Source: a virus | Taxonomy: Duplodnaviria > Caudoviricetes | Direction: 5' to 3' (one strand) | Length of the DNA stretch: 60,553 nt | IMG/VR virus record: IMGVR_UViG_3300016667_000581 | Location: 1 to 60,553 of that record | In this document: one piece after another, positions 1-9,412 of the stretch | How the letters are laid out: each line of letters starts with the position of its first letter | Numbering within the stretch: position 1 is the first letter of the stretch | Translations under genes and position numbers: made by a program | Notes under the pieces: generated by a model | What the model was told of the DNA's origin: nothing | Seen by the model: only the letters and a program-made list of their open reading frames with translations | Database searches by the model: none

Positions 1-2
1 TG

Positions 3-617
3 AATTTTCTTAGAGATCTTCTAAGGAATATAGTTCCGGTTATTCAGCCAGCATACAAGGCACTAACAACAGACGCAAGACAAAGAGAATCCTATAAAGC
101 GCACGTTTTAGCAGCCGTTGAAGATATTATCGATACAGAGTCTGCTAATCCAGGTGAAGGTTCCGGCAATGCCGAGCCAGAAGAAGAATTGGATGAAGAA
201 ATCAATATTGATTTTGGTGATGAAGAGCCAGAACAAGAAGATCCAGAAGGCTTCATTGAGATTGAACCAAAAGAAGAACCAAAAGAACCAGAAGCCACAC
301 CAGAGGAACAATTCTCTCAAAATCTTGGTTTAGGCGATAAAGGTTTGGATACTACTGGTCGTCAGCAAGCAATGGAAACAATGAATTCAATTACAAAACA
401 AGTTTCCGAAATGTTCCGCAAGATCGATCCCGATAGTCGTGTCTCAACCGAGAAGGTTCCAGAACTTTCCAAGGCTTATCCTGAACTTGTGAAAGATAAT
501 GGTGTTTCAGAGCGTTCAGTATTCAAAATTTATTTGTTGAAAAATCTAATGCTTTACTTTGAACGTTTTGAGTCAGAACTTAGCGACCCCACAAAGGCAC
601 CCGAAGTTAAAATCTGA
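3..617 (+). CDS. 5'-truncated acidic hypothetical protein
   Basis: Frame 3 is open from the window edge (NFLRDLLRNIVPVIQPAYK...) through the ORF-track call at 189, so the gene starts upstream of the window. E/P/D-rich linker. Stop TGA overlaps the next ATG (TGATG). Confidence 0.75.
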   Translation, partial: NFLRDLLRNIVPVIQPAYKALTTDARQRESYKAHVLAAVEDIIDTESANPGEGSGNAEPEEELDEEINIDFGDEEPEQEDPEGFIEIEPKEEPKEPEATPEEQFSQNLGLGDKGLDTTGRQQAMETMNSITKQVSEMFRKIDPDSRVSTEKVPELSKAYPELVKDNGVSERSVFKIYLLKNLMLYFERFESELSDPTKAPEVKI

Positions 618-970
618 TGCGCTGGAAAAGAGAACGAGACTACAAAGGCAAATATAAAAATTATTCTGTCTCCAAGAAACTTCGCAAAGAAGGAAAGTCA
701 AACGACGAGTTTGAAATTATGCTTTCCAATTTGCCTCTTGAAGACATTATTGCCTTGAAGTTGGAAATTTCAGCAAGACCAGTAAATAATAGACTTTATG
801 GAGTGCCTATCTGGACCTCTTTGATGGACATTGTTCGGGAAGCAGCATTCAAGTTTGCTTATTCAGCAACAAGAACCCAAGGAGAGGCTATGAATTTTCT
901 TGGTTTGACTGAAATAAAGTTTTATGAACTAAAAAAGAAATTCAACACAGAAAGATTTTTCGAAAAATAA
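617..970 (+). CDS. Small basic protein with C-terminal Fis-like helix-turn-helix
   Basis: C-terminus TQGEAMNFLGLTEIKFYELKKKFN resembles the Fis/NtrC HTH_8 pattern (N.S.AA..LG....LY.K.KKY). Confidence 0.55.
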   Translation: MRWKRERDYKGKYKNYSVSKKLRKEGKSNDEFEIMLSNLPLEDIIALKLEISARPVNNRLYGVPIWTSLMDIVREAAFKFAYSATRTQGEAMNFLGLTEIKFYELKKKFNTERFFEK

Positions 971-980
971 TAAAAACCTC

Positions 981-1009
981 TTGTCGTTCAGAAAACCTGT
1001 GAGTAAAAT
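981..1009 (+). promoter_or_regulatory. Sigma70-type promoter for hsp20
   Basis: TTGTCG(981-986)-17 nt-TAAAAT(1004-1009) with A-rich upstream tract, followed by RBS AGGAGG at 1022-1027. Confidence 0.6.
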
Positions 1010-1034
1010 ACAGGAGAACACAGGAGGTTTTATT

Positions 1035-1436
1035 ATGTTCACCACAGCAGTCCAAACACCAACACGAAATCCATTTGTTGGAACAACCAGTTTTGATAGT
1101 CTGTTAGATAATTTGTTCTACGATAGAAGGTCAGAGATGCGACTTTACACAAGCCAAAGAAAGAACGATGACGGTTCTTACACCATCACCATTAGCACCC
1201 CAGGAGTTAGTCGTGATGAGCTTGATGTTTCAGTAGATAAGTCTTTACTCACAGTTGTTTACAACCGTGCCGAAGATTCCAATTCACTAACCGAATCATT
1301 TAAGCGTTCGTGGAGACTTGGCCCAGAGTTAGACGGAGACAGAGTTTCAGCGACCTACACAAATGGAATTCTTACTTTGTCTGTTCCTCGCCGCGAAACT
1401 CTACAAACTCAAACTCGTCGTGTAGAAATTAACTGA
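1035..1436 (+). CDS. hsp20: Small heat-shock protein (Hsp20/alpha-crystallin)
   Basis: PGVSRDELDVSV and SFKRSWRL...VSATYTNGILTLSVPR motifs. True start is likely ATG 1035 after AGGAGG, not TTG 981. Confidence 0.92.
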   Translation: MFTTAVQTPTRNPFVGTTSFDSLLDNLFYDRRSEMRLYTSQRKNDDGSYTITISTPGVSRDELDVSVDKSLLTVVYNRAEDSNSLTESFKRSWRLGPELDGDRVSATYTNGILTLSVPRRETLQTQTRRVEIN

Positions 1437-1442
1437 TTTTAT

Positions 1443-1470
1443 TTGCGGTTTCTAAACCGTGTGTTATAAT
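1443..1470 (+). promoter_or_regulatory. Extended -10 sigma70-type promoter
   Basis: TTGCGG(1443-1448)-16 nt-TATAAT(1465-1470) with TGn extension. The spacer overlaps palindrome CGGTTT-CT-AAACCG. Confidence 0.7.
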
Positions 1471-1486
1471 GGTTGTATGAGAGGAA

Positions 1487-1915
1487 ATGATGTCCGAAAA
1501 AACAATAATGGTGTCTGGTGGTTTTGATCCATTACACATTGGACACCTAAGAATGATCAAAGAAGCCGCTCAACACGGCAAGGTCATTGTAGTTGTTAAT
1601 TCTGATGCCTGGTTGCTTCGCAAAAAAGGTTTTATCTTTATGCCCTTTGAAGAGCGTAAAGAAATAATCGAAGGCTATACCGAAGTTGATAGAGTCGAAG
1701 CTGTTGACGATTCGGATGGTACTGTTTGCGAAGCACTATGGCGTCTAAAACCAACTTATTTTGCTAATGGCGGCGACCGCACTAGCAATAACACTCCTGA
1801 AATGAGGGTGTGCGAACAGTTGGGTATTGAAATGCTTTGGGGTGTTGGTGGTGGTAAAATCCAAAGCAGTTCTGAAATGGTCGCAAATGCCACCACCAAG
1901 AGGAATAAACAATGA
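1487..1915 (+). CDS. HIGH-motif cytidylyl/adenylyltransferase (TagD / RfaE domain II-like)
   Basis: SGGFDPLHIGH, VVVNSD, KKG..FMPFEER, FANGGDR, NTPE and KIQSSS motifs. Confidence 0.88.
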   Translation: MMSEKTIMVSGGFDPLHIGHLRMIKEAAQHGKVIVVVNSDAWLLRKKGFIFMPFEERKEIIEGYTEVDRVEAVDDSDGTVCEALWRLKPTYFANGGDRTSNNTPEMRVCEQLGIEMLWGVGGGKIQSSSEMVANATTKRNKQ

Positions 1916-2199
1916 TAAACTCTGGATTCCCTACCAGAACTCCAATGGTCAAGAGCGGAACGACTTGTTTTCCAACCGAACTTGGTCATTACAACATGTG
2001 GTATGCCGTTAAAAACGAAAAATGCCTTATCACCAGCGATGCTGTTGTAGAAACCCTTTCTTGGTTTGAGCCTACAAATAGAGATTTGACCGCGATTCGG
2101 ATCAAAACTATTTATATTGACGGTTGCGAAACCGCAATCAATAAAGGCAAAGAAACCACAATTGTCTGGGTTGATTCAAAGCAAATTCAAAAGTGGTAA
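1912..2199 (+). CDS. Hypothetical protein
   Basis: 95-aa ORF with ATGA coupling to the upstream gene and RBS GAGGA. Confidence 0.7.
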   Translation: MINSGFPTRTPMVKSGTTCFPTELGHYNMWYAVKNEKCLITSDAVVETLSWFEPTNRDLTAIRIKTIYIDGCETAINKGKETTIVWVDSKQIQKW

Positions 2200-2209
2200 G
2201 GGATAATAA

Positions 2210-3574
2210 ATGGCAAAGAAAACTTACGTCCTAGACACCTCAGTTTGTCTATCTGACTCCGAATGCATCTACAACTATGGTAATAGCGATATTATCATTC
2301 CTTTAAAGGTTCTTGAAGAGATCGACAAACACAAGAAGCGCCAAGACAGCGTTGGAATCAACGCAAGAATGGTAATCCGTAATCTCGATTCGCTCCGCGA
2401 AAAAGGCTCTCTCCGTGAGGGTGTGCGTCTTGGAAAAGGCAAAGGCATTCTAAAAACATCGGGCTATTCGTCTGCTGACGTTGAATTGCCAAAGGACTTG
2501 GACCATTCAGTTCCAGACCACATTATCATTGCTTCTGCGGTCGCTGCCGCAACCGAAGGTAAAAAGGTTACTCTTGTCTCCAGAGACATCAACATGCGCG
2601 TCATTTGTGATGCGCTTGGAATTGACTCTGAAGATTACGCAGAGAATCAAATTATCAAAGATGAAGGCGACCTCTACATGGGCTTTGCCGACATTCTTGT
2701 AGACGATCAGTTAATCGACCAGTTTTACGCTGGCGACAAGATCTATCTGGAAGAAGAACAAGAAGCGGGTCTTTACCCTAACCAATATCTAATGCTTATC
2801 TCTTCGTCTAACGACAAGAAGACAGCAATAGGACGCTTCGTCGGTAAGGACTTTCCTCTAAAGAAAGTTGTTGAGCCAAAGGGTACTATTTCAGGCATCA
2901 AGCCAAAGAATAAAGAACAACTTTTCGCCTTTGACCTCCTAATGGACCCATCTATCAAAGTTGTGTCCTTGGTAGGCAAGGCAGGGTCAGGGAAGACCCT
3001 AATAGCCATTGCTGCGGGACTTCAACAAGTCATTACGTCAATGTCCGTCACCGACCTTGCGGCTTCTAAGAGGCCAGTAACGCTGAATAACGGCATTTAC
3101 AAAAAGCTTGTTGTTTCCCGTCCAGTAATGCCTATGGGCAAAGACATCGGATTTTTACCAGGCACCATGCAAGAGAAAATGGCTCCTTGGTTAGCACCAG
3201 TTCAAGACAACTTGAAATTCCTAACCGGCGATGACCAGACAACTCTTGACCAATACATGGCAAATGGACTTATTGAGATGGAAGCACTAACTTACATTCG
3301 TGGTCGCTCTATCTCCAACGCTTTCATCATTATTGATGAAGCCCAGAACTTGACGAGCCATGAGATAAAGACTATACTTACAAGAGTAGGCGAAAACACT
3401 AAAATTGTTCTTACAGGTGACGTTGAGCAGATCGACAACATTTACATCAATGAAATGTCCTCTGGTCTAACCCACGCAGTAGAAAAATTGAAGGAGTTTC
3501 CTATTTCTGGTCACATCACTCTCCGTAAAGGCGAGCGTTCAGATGTAGCCACAATAGCTTCAAAAGTTCTATAA
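2210..3574 (+). CDS. phoH: PIN-PhoH (PhoH2-type) RNase/ATPase
   Basis: N-terminal PIN (YVLDTS, VLEEIDKHK, DHIII, LVSRDINMR). PhoH Walker A GKAGSGKT, GFLPG, YIRGRS, IIDEAQN, TRVGE, GDVEQID. Confidence 0.93.
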   Translation: MAKKTYVLDTSVCLSDSECIYNYGNSDIIIPLKVLEEIDKHKKRQDSVGINARMVIRNLDSLREKGSLREGVRLGKGKGILKTSGYSSADVELPKDLDHSVPDHIIIASAVAAATEGKKVTLVSRDINMRVICDALGIDSEDYAENQIIKDEGDLYMGFADILVDDQLIDQFYAGDKIYLEEEQEAGLYPNQYLMLISSSNDKKTAIGRFVGKDFPLKKVVEPKGTISGIKPKNKEQLFAFDLLMDPSIKVVSLVGKAGSGKTLIAIAAGLQQVITSMSVTDLAASKRPVTLNNGIYKKLVVSRPVMPMGKDIGFLPGTMQEKMAPWLAPVQDNLKFLTGDDQTTLDQYMANGLIEMEALTYIRGRSISNAFIIIDEAQNLTSHEIKTILTRVGENTKIVLTGDVEQIDNIYINEMSSGLTHAVEKLKEFPISGHITLRKGERSDVATIASKVL

Positions 3575-3584
3575 GGAAAAGAAA

Positions 3585-3878
3585 ATGTCTGAAAACGAAA
3601 ACCCGCTCCTGTCCGCACCTGTCGGACGGGACACCCCACTAAAGACTATGGTTGTTGATTATGTCGGCAACAAAGTCAATCCAGAATCCGGCCAAGTAAC
3701 CGTTGAAATGATAATTGAGGTTCTTGCCGAAGAGTTCCCCGAGTTTGTTCTTGCTCTCGCGGAGGAAAACTGGATTCGTGGTTATCGTCAAGCCCTGGAC
3801 GATGTTGAGAAAACAGTAGCAGAGCAAGAAAGCCAGCAATCCGAAGTGTCTTCATCTGAAACTTCGGAGGGCGCGTGA
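3585..3878 (+). CDS. Hypothetical protein
   Basis: 97-aa acidic ORF with RBS AAGGA; core VEMIIEVLAEEFPEFVLALAEENWIRGY. Confidence 0.75.
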   Translation: MSENENPLLSAPVGRDTPLKTMVVDYVGNKVNPESGQVTVEMIIEVLAEEFPEFVLALAEENWIRGYRQALDDVEKTVAEQESQQSEVSSSETSEGA

Positions 3879-4645
3879 AAGGCCACATTTCATTCTCTGA
3901 GTTTAAGCTTTGGTCTGAATGTGCCTTTCACCACAAACTAAAATACATCGATGGTTTAGAGGGATTCACCGGATCCCTCTTCACTATTTTTGGAACGGCT
4001 ATTCACAGCGTTTGCGAGAATGCCGTAAAGACACCAGAAAACTTTGAACCAGAACAACACTTTCTACAAGTGTTTCAAGAAGGAAAAGAGAAACTTCTTT
4101 CCGAAGGGATCGATGTAAAACAAGCTGACTATGAAATGATGATTCCGCAAGCGAAGTCTATTATTTCATCCTATCTTCCAGTTCTTGAAAAAACATTTCC
4201 AGGCTATGAGGTTGTCGTAACCGAAGAAGACCTTATGGAAGACATAGAAGGAACTTCTCTAAAGTTCAAAGGCTTTATTGACTTTATCATCAAGACACCA
4301 GACGGTAAGTTTCACATTATTGACTGGAAAACTTGTTCTTGGGGTTGGGACGCAGAAAAGAAGTCCGATAAGATTATTTCTTACCAACTAACTTTCTATA
4401 AGCATTTCTGGGCCAAAAAGCATAACATCGATCCTAAAAACATCGAAACTTATTTTGGTTTATTGAAGAGAACCGCCAAGAAAGACAACGTTGAGATTTT
4501 TAGAGTTTCAAGCGGTCAAAAAAAGATAAATAATGCCTTGACAGCATTGAACCAAGCGATTATAAACATAGAAAGAAATAAGTTCTTTAAGAACCGAACT
4601 TCTTGTAAGTTCTGTCCGTTCTACAAGACCGAACATTGTAAATAA
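3875..4645 (+). CDS. PD-(D/E)xK exonuclease, Cas4/AddB-like with Fe-S cysteines
   Basis: N-terminal Cys (SECAF), FGTAIH, GFID, IIDWKT, QLTFY and C-terminal CKFCPFYKTEHC. GTG start. Confidence 0.85.
   Translation: MKGHISFSEFKLWSECAFHHKLKYIDGLEGFTGSLFTIFGTAIHSVCENAVKTPENFEPEQHFLQVFQEGKEKLLSEGIDVKQADYEMMIPQAKSIISSYLPVLEKTFPGYEVVVTEEDLMEDIEGTSLKFKGFIDFIIKTPDGKFHIIDWKTCSWGWDAEKKSDKIISYQLTFYKHFWAKKHNIDPKNIETYFGLLKRTAKKDNVEIFRVSSGQKKINNALTALNQAIINIERNKFFKNRTSCKFCPFYKTEHCK
4538..4566 (+). promoter_or_regulatory. Near-consensus sigma70 promoter upstream of the glycosylation locus
   Basis: TTGACA(4538-4543)-17 nt-TATAAA(4561-4566), inside the 3' end of the nuclease gene and about 90 nt before the GT4 start. 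Confidence 0.65.
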
Positions 4646-4656
4646 TCGAGGATTGA

Positions 4657-5922
4657 ATGACCGCAAAGAAAAAGGTGTTTGTCATTTCCGACCATCCTTA
4701 CGCTCCTTCTGGAGTCGGAACACAAACAAAGTATATTATTGAAGCCCTACTTGAATCAGGTAAATATTCTGTTGTCTGCTTCGGTGGGGCTGTAAAGCAT
4801 GAGAACTATCAACCACAGAAGACCGAGCAATGGGGCGATGACCTTATTATCTACCCCGTAGATGGTTATGGAACACAAGAAACAGTTCGTTCTCTTCTTT
4901 GGACCCAGAAGCCAGACGTAATGTGGTTTATGACTGATCCACGTTTCTACACTTGGCTTTGGGATATGGAAAATGAAATCCGTGCGCTTGTTCCAATGGT
5001 TTATTACCACGTTTGGGACAACCTACCTCTTCCAAAGTTCAATCGGAATTACTACCTATCTAATGACTTGATTGTTACTATCTCAAAAGTAACCGATCAC
5101 ATTGTAAAAGAAGTAGCACCGGAAGTGGAATCCGTTTATCTTCCTCACGCCGTAGACACAAGCATCTTCAAGAAGTTAGACGATGAAATTATCAACCAAC
5201 TTCGGACCCAACATTTCGGCCCAGACCATAAGGAAAAGACAATCTTTTTCTGGAATAATAGAAACGCTCGTCGTAAGATGTCTGGTTCTGTTATTTGGTG
5301 GTTCAAAGAATTCGCTGATAAGGTTGGAAGAGAGTATGTAAAACTTATCATGCACACCGACTCCAAAGACCCGAACGGTCAAGACCTGGACGCTATTATC
5401 CAAGAACTCGGTTTGGCTGACGGAACTGTTCTTCTTTCCAGAAACAAGATTCCTCCACAAGACCTCGCGGCTATGTATAACCTCGTTGACTGCACCATAA
5501 ACATTTCTGACGCAGAAGGCTTTGGTCTTGCTACACTTGAATCGCTTGCCTGCGAAACTCCCATTATCGTCAACATGACTGGTGGGCTACAAGAGCAAGT
5601 AAGGGATGAAGATGGAAACTGGTTTGGTCTTGGAATTGAACCCGCATCACAAGCCGTTATTGGCTCCCAGGAGGTTCCTTTCATTTACGAGGATAGAGTT
5701 TCAAAGGATGACTTCCTCCACGCTCTATTCACCTTCTACGCCATGACAGATGCTTCAAGGGCAGAACTTGGTAGAGAAGGAAGACAACACGTTCTAAAGA
5801 ACTACAACTTTGAAACTTATCGTAAGCGATGGTTGGAAATTTTTGAACAAACAATGGAGAAACACGGTTCTTGGGACACAAGACAAAACTACCAAGCTTG
5901 GGAAATGAGAGAAATAGTATGA
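4657..5922 (+). CDS. Glycosyltransferase, GT-B fold (GT4)
   Basis: SDHP...SGVG, LPHAVD, NRNARRK and EGFGLATLESLACETPII (EX7E). Confidence 0.9.
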   Translation: MTAKKKVFVISDHPYAPSGVGTQTKYIIEALLESGKYSVVCFGGAVKHENYQPQKTEQWGDDLIIYPVDGYGTQETVRSLLWTQKPDVMWFMTDPRFYTWLWDMENEIRALVPMVYYHVWDNLPLPKFNRNYYLSNDLIVTISKVTDHIVKEVAPEVESVYLPHAVDTSIFKKLDDEIINQLRTQHFGPDHKEKTIFFWNNRNARRKMSGSVIWWFKEFADKVGREYVKLIMHTDSKDPNGQDLDAIIQELGLADGTVLLSRNKIPPQDLAAMYNLVDCTINISDAEGFGLATLESLACETPIIVNMTGGLQEQVRDEDGNWFGLGIEPASQAVIGSQEVPFIYEDRVSKDDFLHALFTFYAMTDASRAELGREGRQHVLKNYNFETYRKRWLEIFEQTMEKHGSWDTRQNYQAWEMREIV

Positions 5923-7901
5923 AAAAGAAGATTTTAGTTCGCGGCCCTGCTTTATCACAAAGCGGTTATGGAGAACACGCAAGAATGATCTTGCGTGCCC
6001 TAAAAGAAAGAGAAGACCTATTTGATGTCTTTATTGTCCCTACAGGTTGGGGACACACCGGTTGGCTAACAACCAACGATGAATTCCGTGCTTGGATCGA
6101 TCAACGAATCCTTATTACCCAAGCTGCTATTCAACAAAGAGTACAGTTTGACATTTCTATCCAAGTTTCAATTCCAAACGAATTTGAAAGACTTGCTCCT
6201 GTAAACATCGGCGTAACTGCTGGTGTTGAGACAACAAAGGTTTCCCCCGCTTGGCTCCAGAAGTGTAATGAAATGGACAAGGTTATTGTTCCATCTACAT
6301 TCGCAAAGTGGGGTTTTGAGAACACAGTTTACCAAGGACAAGATCAGTTTGGAAACCCAGCAACCCTGAAATTACAAACACCAATAGAAGTTATTCCTTA
6401 TCCTGTTCGTGATGATGTGGAGGTCATTCCAGAGTTCACAGATAAGATCGACCTTTCACACGACGACTTTGCTTACCTTATGGTAGGTCAATGGGGTCCA
6501 AGAAAGAATATGGACAACGCTATTCGTTGGTGGTTGGAAGAAAACTGGGATCAACACGTTGTTCTTGTCGTCAAGACAAGCCACCGTCGCAACAACATTA
6601 TGGACCGTGACTTTACCGAGAACCGTTTAAAGACCATTTTACGTTCAGTCAGACTGGACCCAAAGGACCGCAAATGTTCTGTAAAGCTCCTGCACGGCGA
6701 TCTGAGCGAGGCAGAGATGAAGACCCTCTACCACCATCCCGCTATTAAGTGTATGGTCACAGCAACCCACGGAGAGGGTTTTGGATTGCCTCTATTTGAG
6801 TTCGCACAAACAGGCAAGCTTGTCGTAGCTCCTGGGTGGTCCGCTCACTTGGACTTCCTAACTTATCCAAACGAGAAGGGAGAACAAGTCAACGGCTTCC
6901 TTGAAGTTGACTACACCGTTGCTTCTATCCAAAAGGAAGCAGTTTGGGATGGAGTTCTACAAACAGATTCTTCCTGGTGTTATCCAGACGAAGCTTCATT
7001 CAAGCAACGTGTAAGACAAGCCAGAACGAAATTCAAGAAGTGGGAGCCGAAGGCTAAGGCGGTTGCTGAGAAAATTAGGAGCAGATTTGAATATAATGTT
7101 ATAAATGAAGATGTCTTAAACTCAGTATTTGGAAAACCAAAGAGAGGAAAAACAGAAATTGATGGAATTAGTTTCTGTATTCCAACCAATGGCAAAAGAC
7201 CTGAAAAGACCGAATTAACAATAAAGTCTATCAAGGCACAAATAGGAGTTCCTGTTGAAATTATTCTTTGTGGTGATGTAGATAATTTTAGACACATTGA
7301 TGATGTTATACTAGTTGATAGGAAAGAAGAAGCGCACTCTAGAAAGGTTGCCTTATTAAGAAACAAGGCTGCTGAAGTATCAAGATATAATACTATCGCT
7401 TGGTGCGACGATGATATTATTATAGAAAAAGATTGGTCTGAAACACTTCTTTCTTATTCAAATGAAAATAAGTGGGAAGTTCTTGCAACAAAAATTTTAA
7501 ATCCTGACGGCACCAGGCATTGGGATAGGGGTATTCTTAATCCAAGAGTGTTGGTATCATATGAGCATCCATCTTTCTCAAAAAATCTTGTTCAAACTTC
7601 AGGGTTTTTCTTGGTAAGAAAAGAAGTCTATAACAAGACCAAATGGAATGAAGAGAGGTTAGTTTTTTCGGATAGAGATGGTACCGGAGTTCCTGAAGAC
7701 GTTCAATACTCTTTGGATTTGAACAATAATGGATATCAAGTATTTATAAATAAAAATCTTATTGTTTGGCACAATGATGATAGATACACCGAATTTAATA
7801 ATCAAACTCTTATGAAAGAAGAAATAACAAAAAGAACTGGTATTTCATTTTTTCCAACAGCTAATATCAAATATGAAAAATTGTTGGAGTCATTAGAATG
7901 A
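5919..7901 (+). CDS. Bifunctional glycosyltransferase: N-terminal GT4 fused to C-terminal GT2 (GT-A) domain
   Basis: GT4: SGYGEHAR, VGQW..RKN, HGEGFGLPLFE. GT-A: ISFCIPT, RNKAAEVSRY, WCDDD, EDVQYS. Start probably ATG 5919 (ATGA overlap). Confidence 0.88.
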   Translation: MKKKILVRGPALSQSGYGEHARMILRALKEREDLFDVFIVPTGWGHTGWLTTNDEFRAWIDQRILITQAAIQQRVQFDISIQVSIPNEFERLAPVNIGVTAGVETTKVSPAWLQKCNEMDKVIVPSTFAKWGFENTVYQGQDQFGNPATLKLQTPIEVIPYPVRDDVEVIPEFTDKIDLSHDDFAYLMVGQWGPRKNMDNAIRWWLEENWDQHVVLVVKTSHRRNNIMDRDFTENRLKTILRSVRLDPKDRKCSVKLLHGDLSEAEMKTLYHHPAIKCMVTATHGEGFGLPLFEFAQTGKLVVAPGWSAHLDFLTYPNEKGEQVNGFLEVDYTVASIQKEAVWDGVLQTDSSWCYPDEASFKQRVRQARTKFKKWEPKAKAVAEKIRSRFEYNVINEDVLNSVFGKPKRGKTEIDGISFCIPTNGKRPEKTELTIKSIKAQIGVPVEIILCGDVDNFRHIDDVILVDRKEEAHSRKVALLRNKAAEVSRYNTIAWCDDDIIIEKDWSETLLSYSNENKWEVLATKILNPDGTRHWDRGILNPRVLVSYEHPSFSKNLVQTSGFFLVRKEVYNKTKWNEERLVFSDRDGTGVPEDVQYSLDLNNNGYQVFINKNLIVWHNDDRYTEFNNQTLMKEEITKRTGISFFPTANIKYEKLLESLE

Positions 7902-8632
7902 AAATAGTTATACCATTTTATAATGTAGAAAACTGGATTAAAACATGTATTGATTCATTAAAATCACAAAACTTTAAAGATTTTAAGTGTATATTAATAG
8001 ATGATATATCTAGCGACTCTAGTTTTGAGATAGCGAAACAAAGTATATCCGATGATCCTAGATTCACCTTGATCAAAAACGAAGAAAAGAAGTTCGCTCT
8101 AAGGAATATCTATGAAGGAATCCAGTTTTTAAATCCAGAACCTGACGATATTATAATAACAATTGACGGAGATGATTGGCTAGCAAGTCCAGATAGCCTT
8201 GAAATAGTCAACAGATATTATCTGCAATCCCCAGAAACACTCATTACATATGGGACTTACATTGAGTTTCCTAGCGGAATACGACCGTTTAATGTTACAT
8301 CTTATTCTAGCGAAATAATAAAATCTCGTAGATTTAGAGAAGATACTTGGAGGGCTTCGCACTTAAGAACATTTAAGTATAAACTTTGGAAAAGTATTAA
8401 TATAGAAGATTTAAAAGATTCCTCTGGTAATTTTTATAGAATGGCTTGGGATTTGGCTTTTATGTTTCCAATGTTAGAAATGGCTGGAGATAAAGTAAAG
8501 TTCATACAAGAAATCTTATATTGCTATAATGTTAGTAATCCAATAAATGATCACAAAGTTGATCATTCATTACAGTTAAGTTTGGAGAAAGAGATAAGAA
8601 ATAAAAAACGGTACGACGAGGTAAATTTTTAG
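7898..8632 (+). CDS. Glycosyltransferase family 2
   Basis: IVIPFYN, ILIDDISSD and IDGDD (DxD) motifs. Confidence 0.9.
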   Translation: MKIVIPFYNVENWIKTCIDSLKSQNFKDFKCILIDDISSDSSFEIAKQSISDDPRFTLIKNEEKKFALRNIYEGIQFLNPEPDDIIITIDGDDWLASPDSLEIVNRYYLQSPETLITYGTYIEFPSGIRPFNVTSYSSEIIKSRRFREDTWRASHLRTFKYKLWKSINIEDLKDSSGNFYRMAWDLAFMFPMLEMAGDKVKFIQEILYCYNVSNPINDHKVDHSLQLSLEKEIRNKKRYDEVNF

Positions 8633-9412
8633 ATGATATCAGCAATGTTGCAAGGAGGTCTTGGTAATCAGATGTTCCAAATAGCAGCGGCAGCTAGCCT
8701 TGCAAAAGATTTAAATACTGTATCCGTTTTTAGTGATAATAATCTTTCAAACTTACAACCTACTAGAGCAAGCACATATAAAAATAACATATTTTCTAGA
8801 ATAAATTTGATAGAAAATAATGAAGCATTTAAAAATTTATCTTTCTATAATGAAATGAATTTTTCATATTCTGAGATACCAAAAAAAGACAATCTTATTC
8901 TAAATGGATATTTTCAGTCGGAAAAATATTTTATACATAATTCCGAATACATAAGAAACATTTACTCAGAAACAGAAGAAATAACAAAATATATAGATGA
9001 AAAATATTGGCATATAAATTTCAGTAATGCAGTTTCTTTACATGTGAGAAGAGGGGACTATATTAAATTTCCGAACATACATCCAGTTTGTCAAATAGAA
9101 TATTACAATAATTCCATTAATGAACTAGACCATTGCGAAAAAATTTTAATTTTTAGTGATGATATTCAATGGTGTAAAAATAATATAAAATATAAAAATT
9201 GCTATTTTATAGAACAAGAACCCGATTATATAGATCTTTATTTAATTTCTAGATGCAGAGATAATATAATAGCTAACAGTAGTTTTAGTTGGTGGGGAGC
9301 CTGGTTAAATAAAAATAGCAATAAAAAAGTCATACTTCCATTAAAATGGTTTGGTCCTAGTGGCCCGAAAGACACGCATGACATCAGCCCAGTAGGATGG
9401 ATTAGAAAATGA
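8633..9412 (+). CDS. GT11 alpha-1,2-fucosyl/colitosyltransferase
   Basis: GGLGNQMFQ, GYFQSEKYF, HVRRGDY, IFSDD and ANSSFSWWGAWL. Confidence 0.93.
   Translation: MISAMLQGGLGNQMFQIAAAASLAKDLNTVSVFSDNNLSNLQPTRASTYKNNIFSRINLIENNEAFKNLSFYNEMNFSYSEIPKKDNLILNGYFQSEKYFIHNSEYIRNIYSETEEITKYIDEKYWHINFSNAVSLHVRRGDYIKFPNIHPVCQIEYYNNSINELDHCEKILIFSDDIQWCKNNIKYKNCYFIEQEPDYIDLYLISRCRDNIIANSSFSWWGAWLNKNSNKKVILPLKWFGPSGPKDTHDISPVGWIRK

Noticed and set aside
3875-4645. Cas4-like gene as a sign of a CRISPR system
   Set aside because: No repeat-spacer array or other cas genes were seen; solo PD-(D/E)xK nucleases are common in phages.
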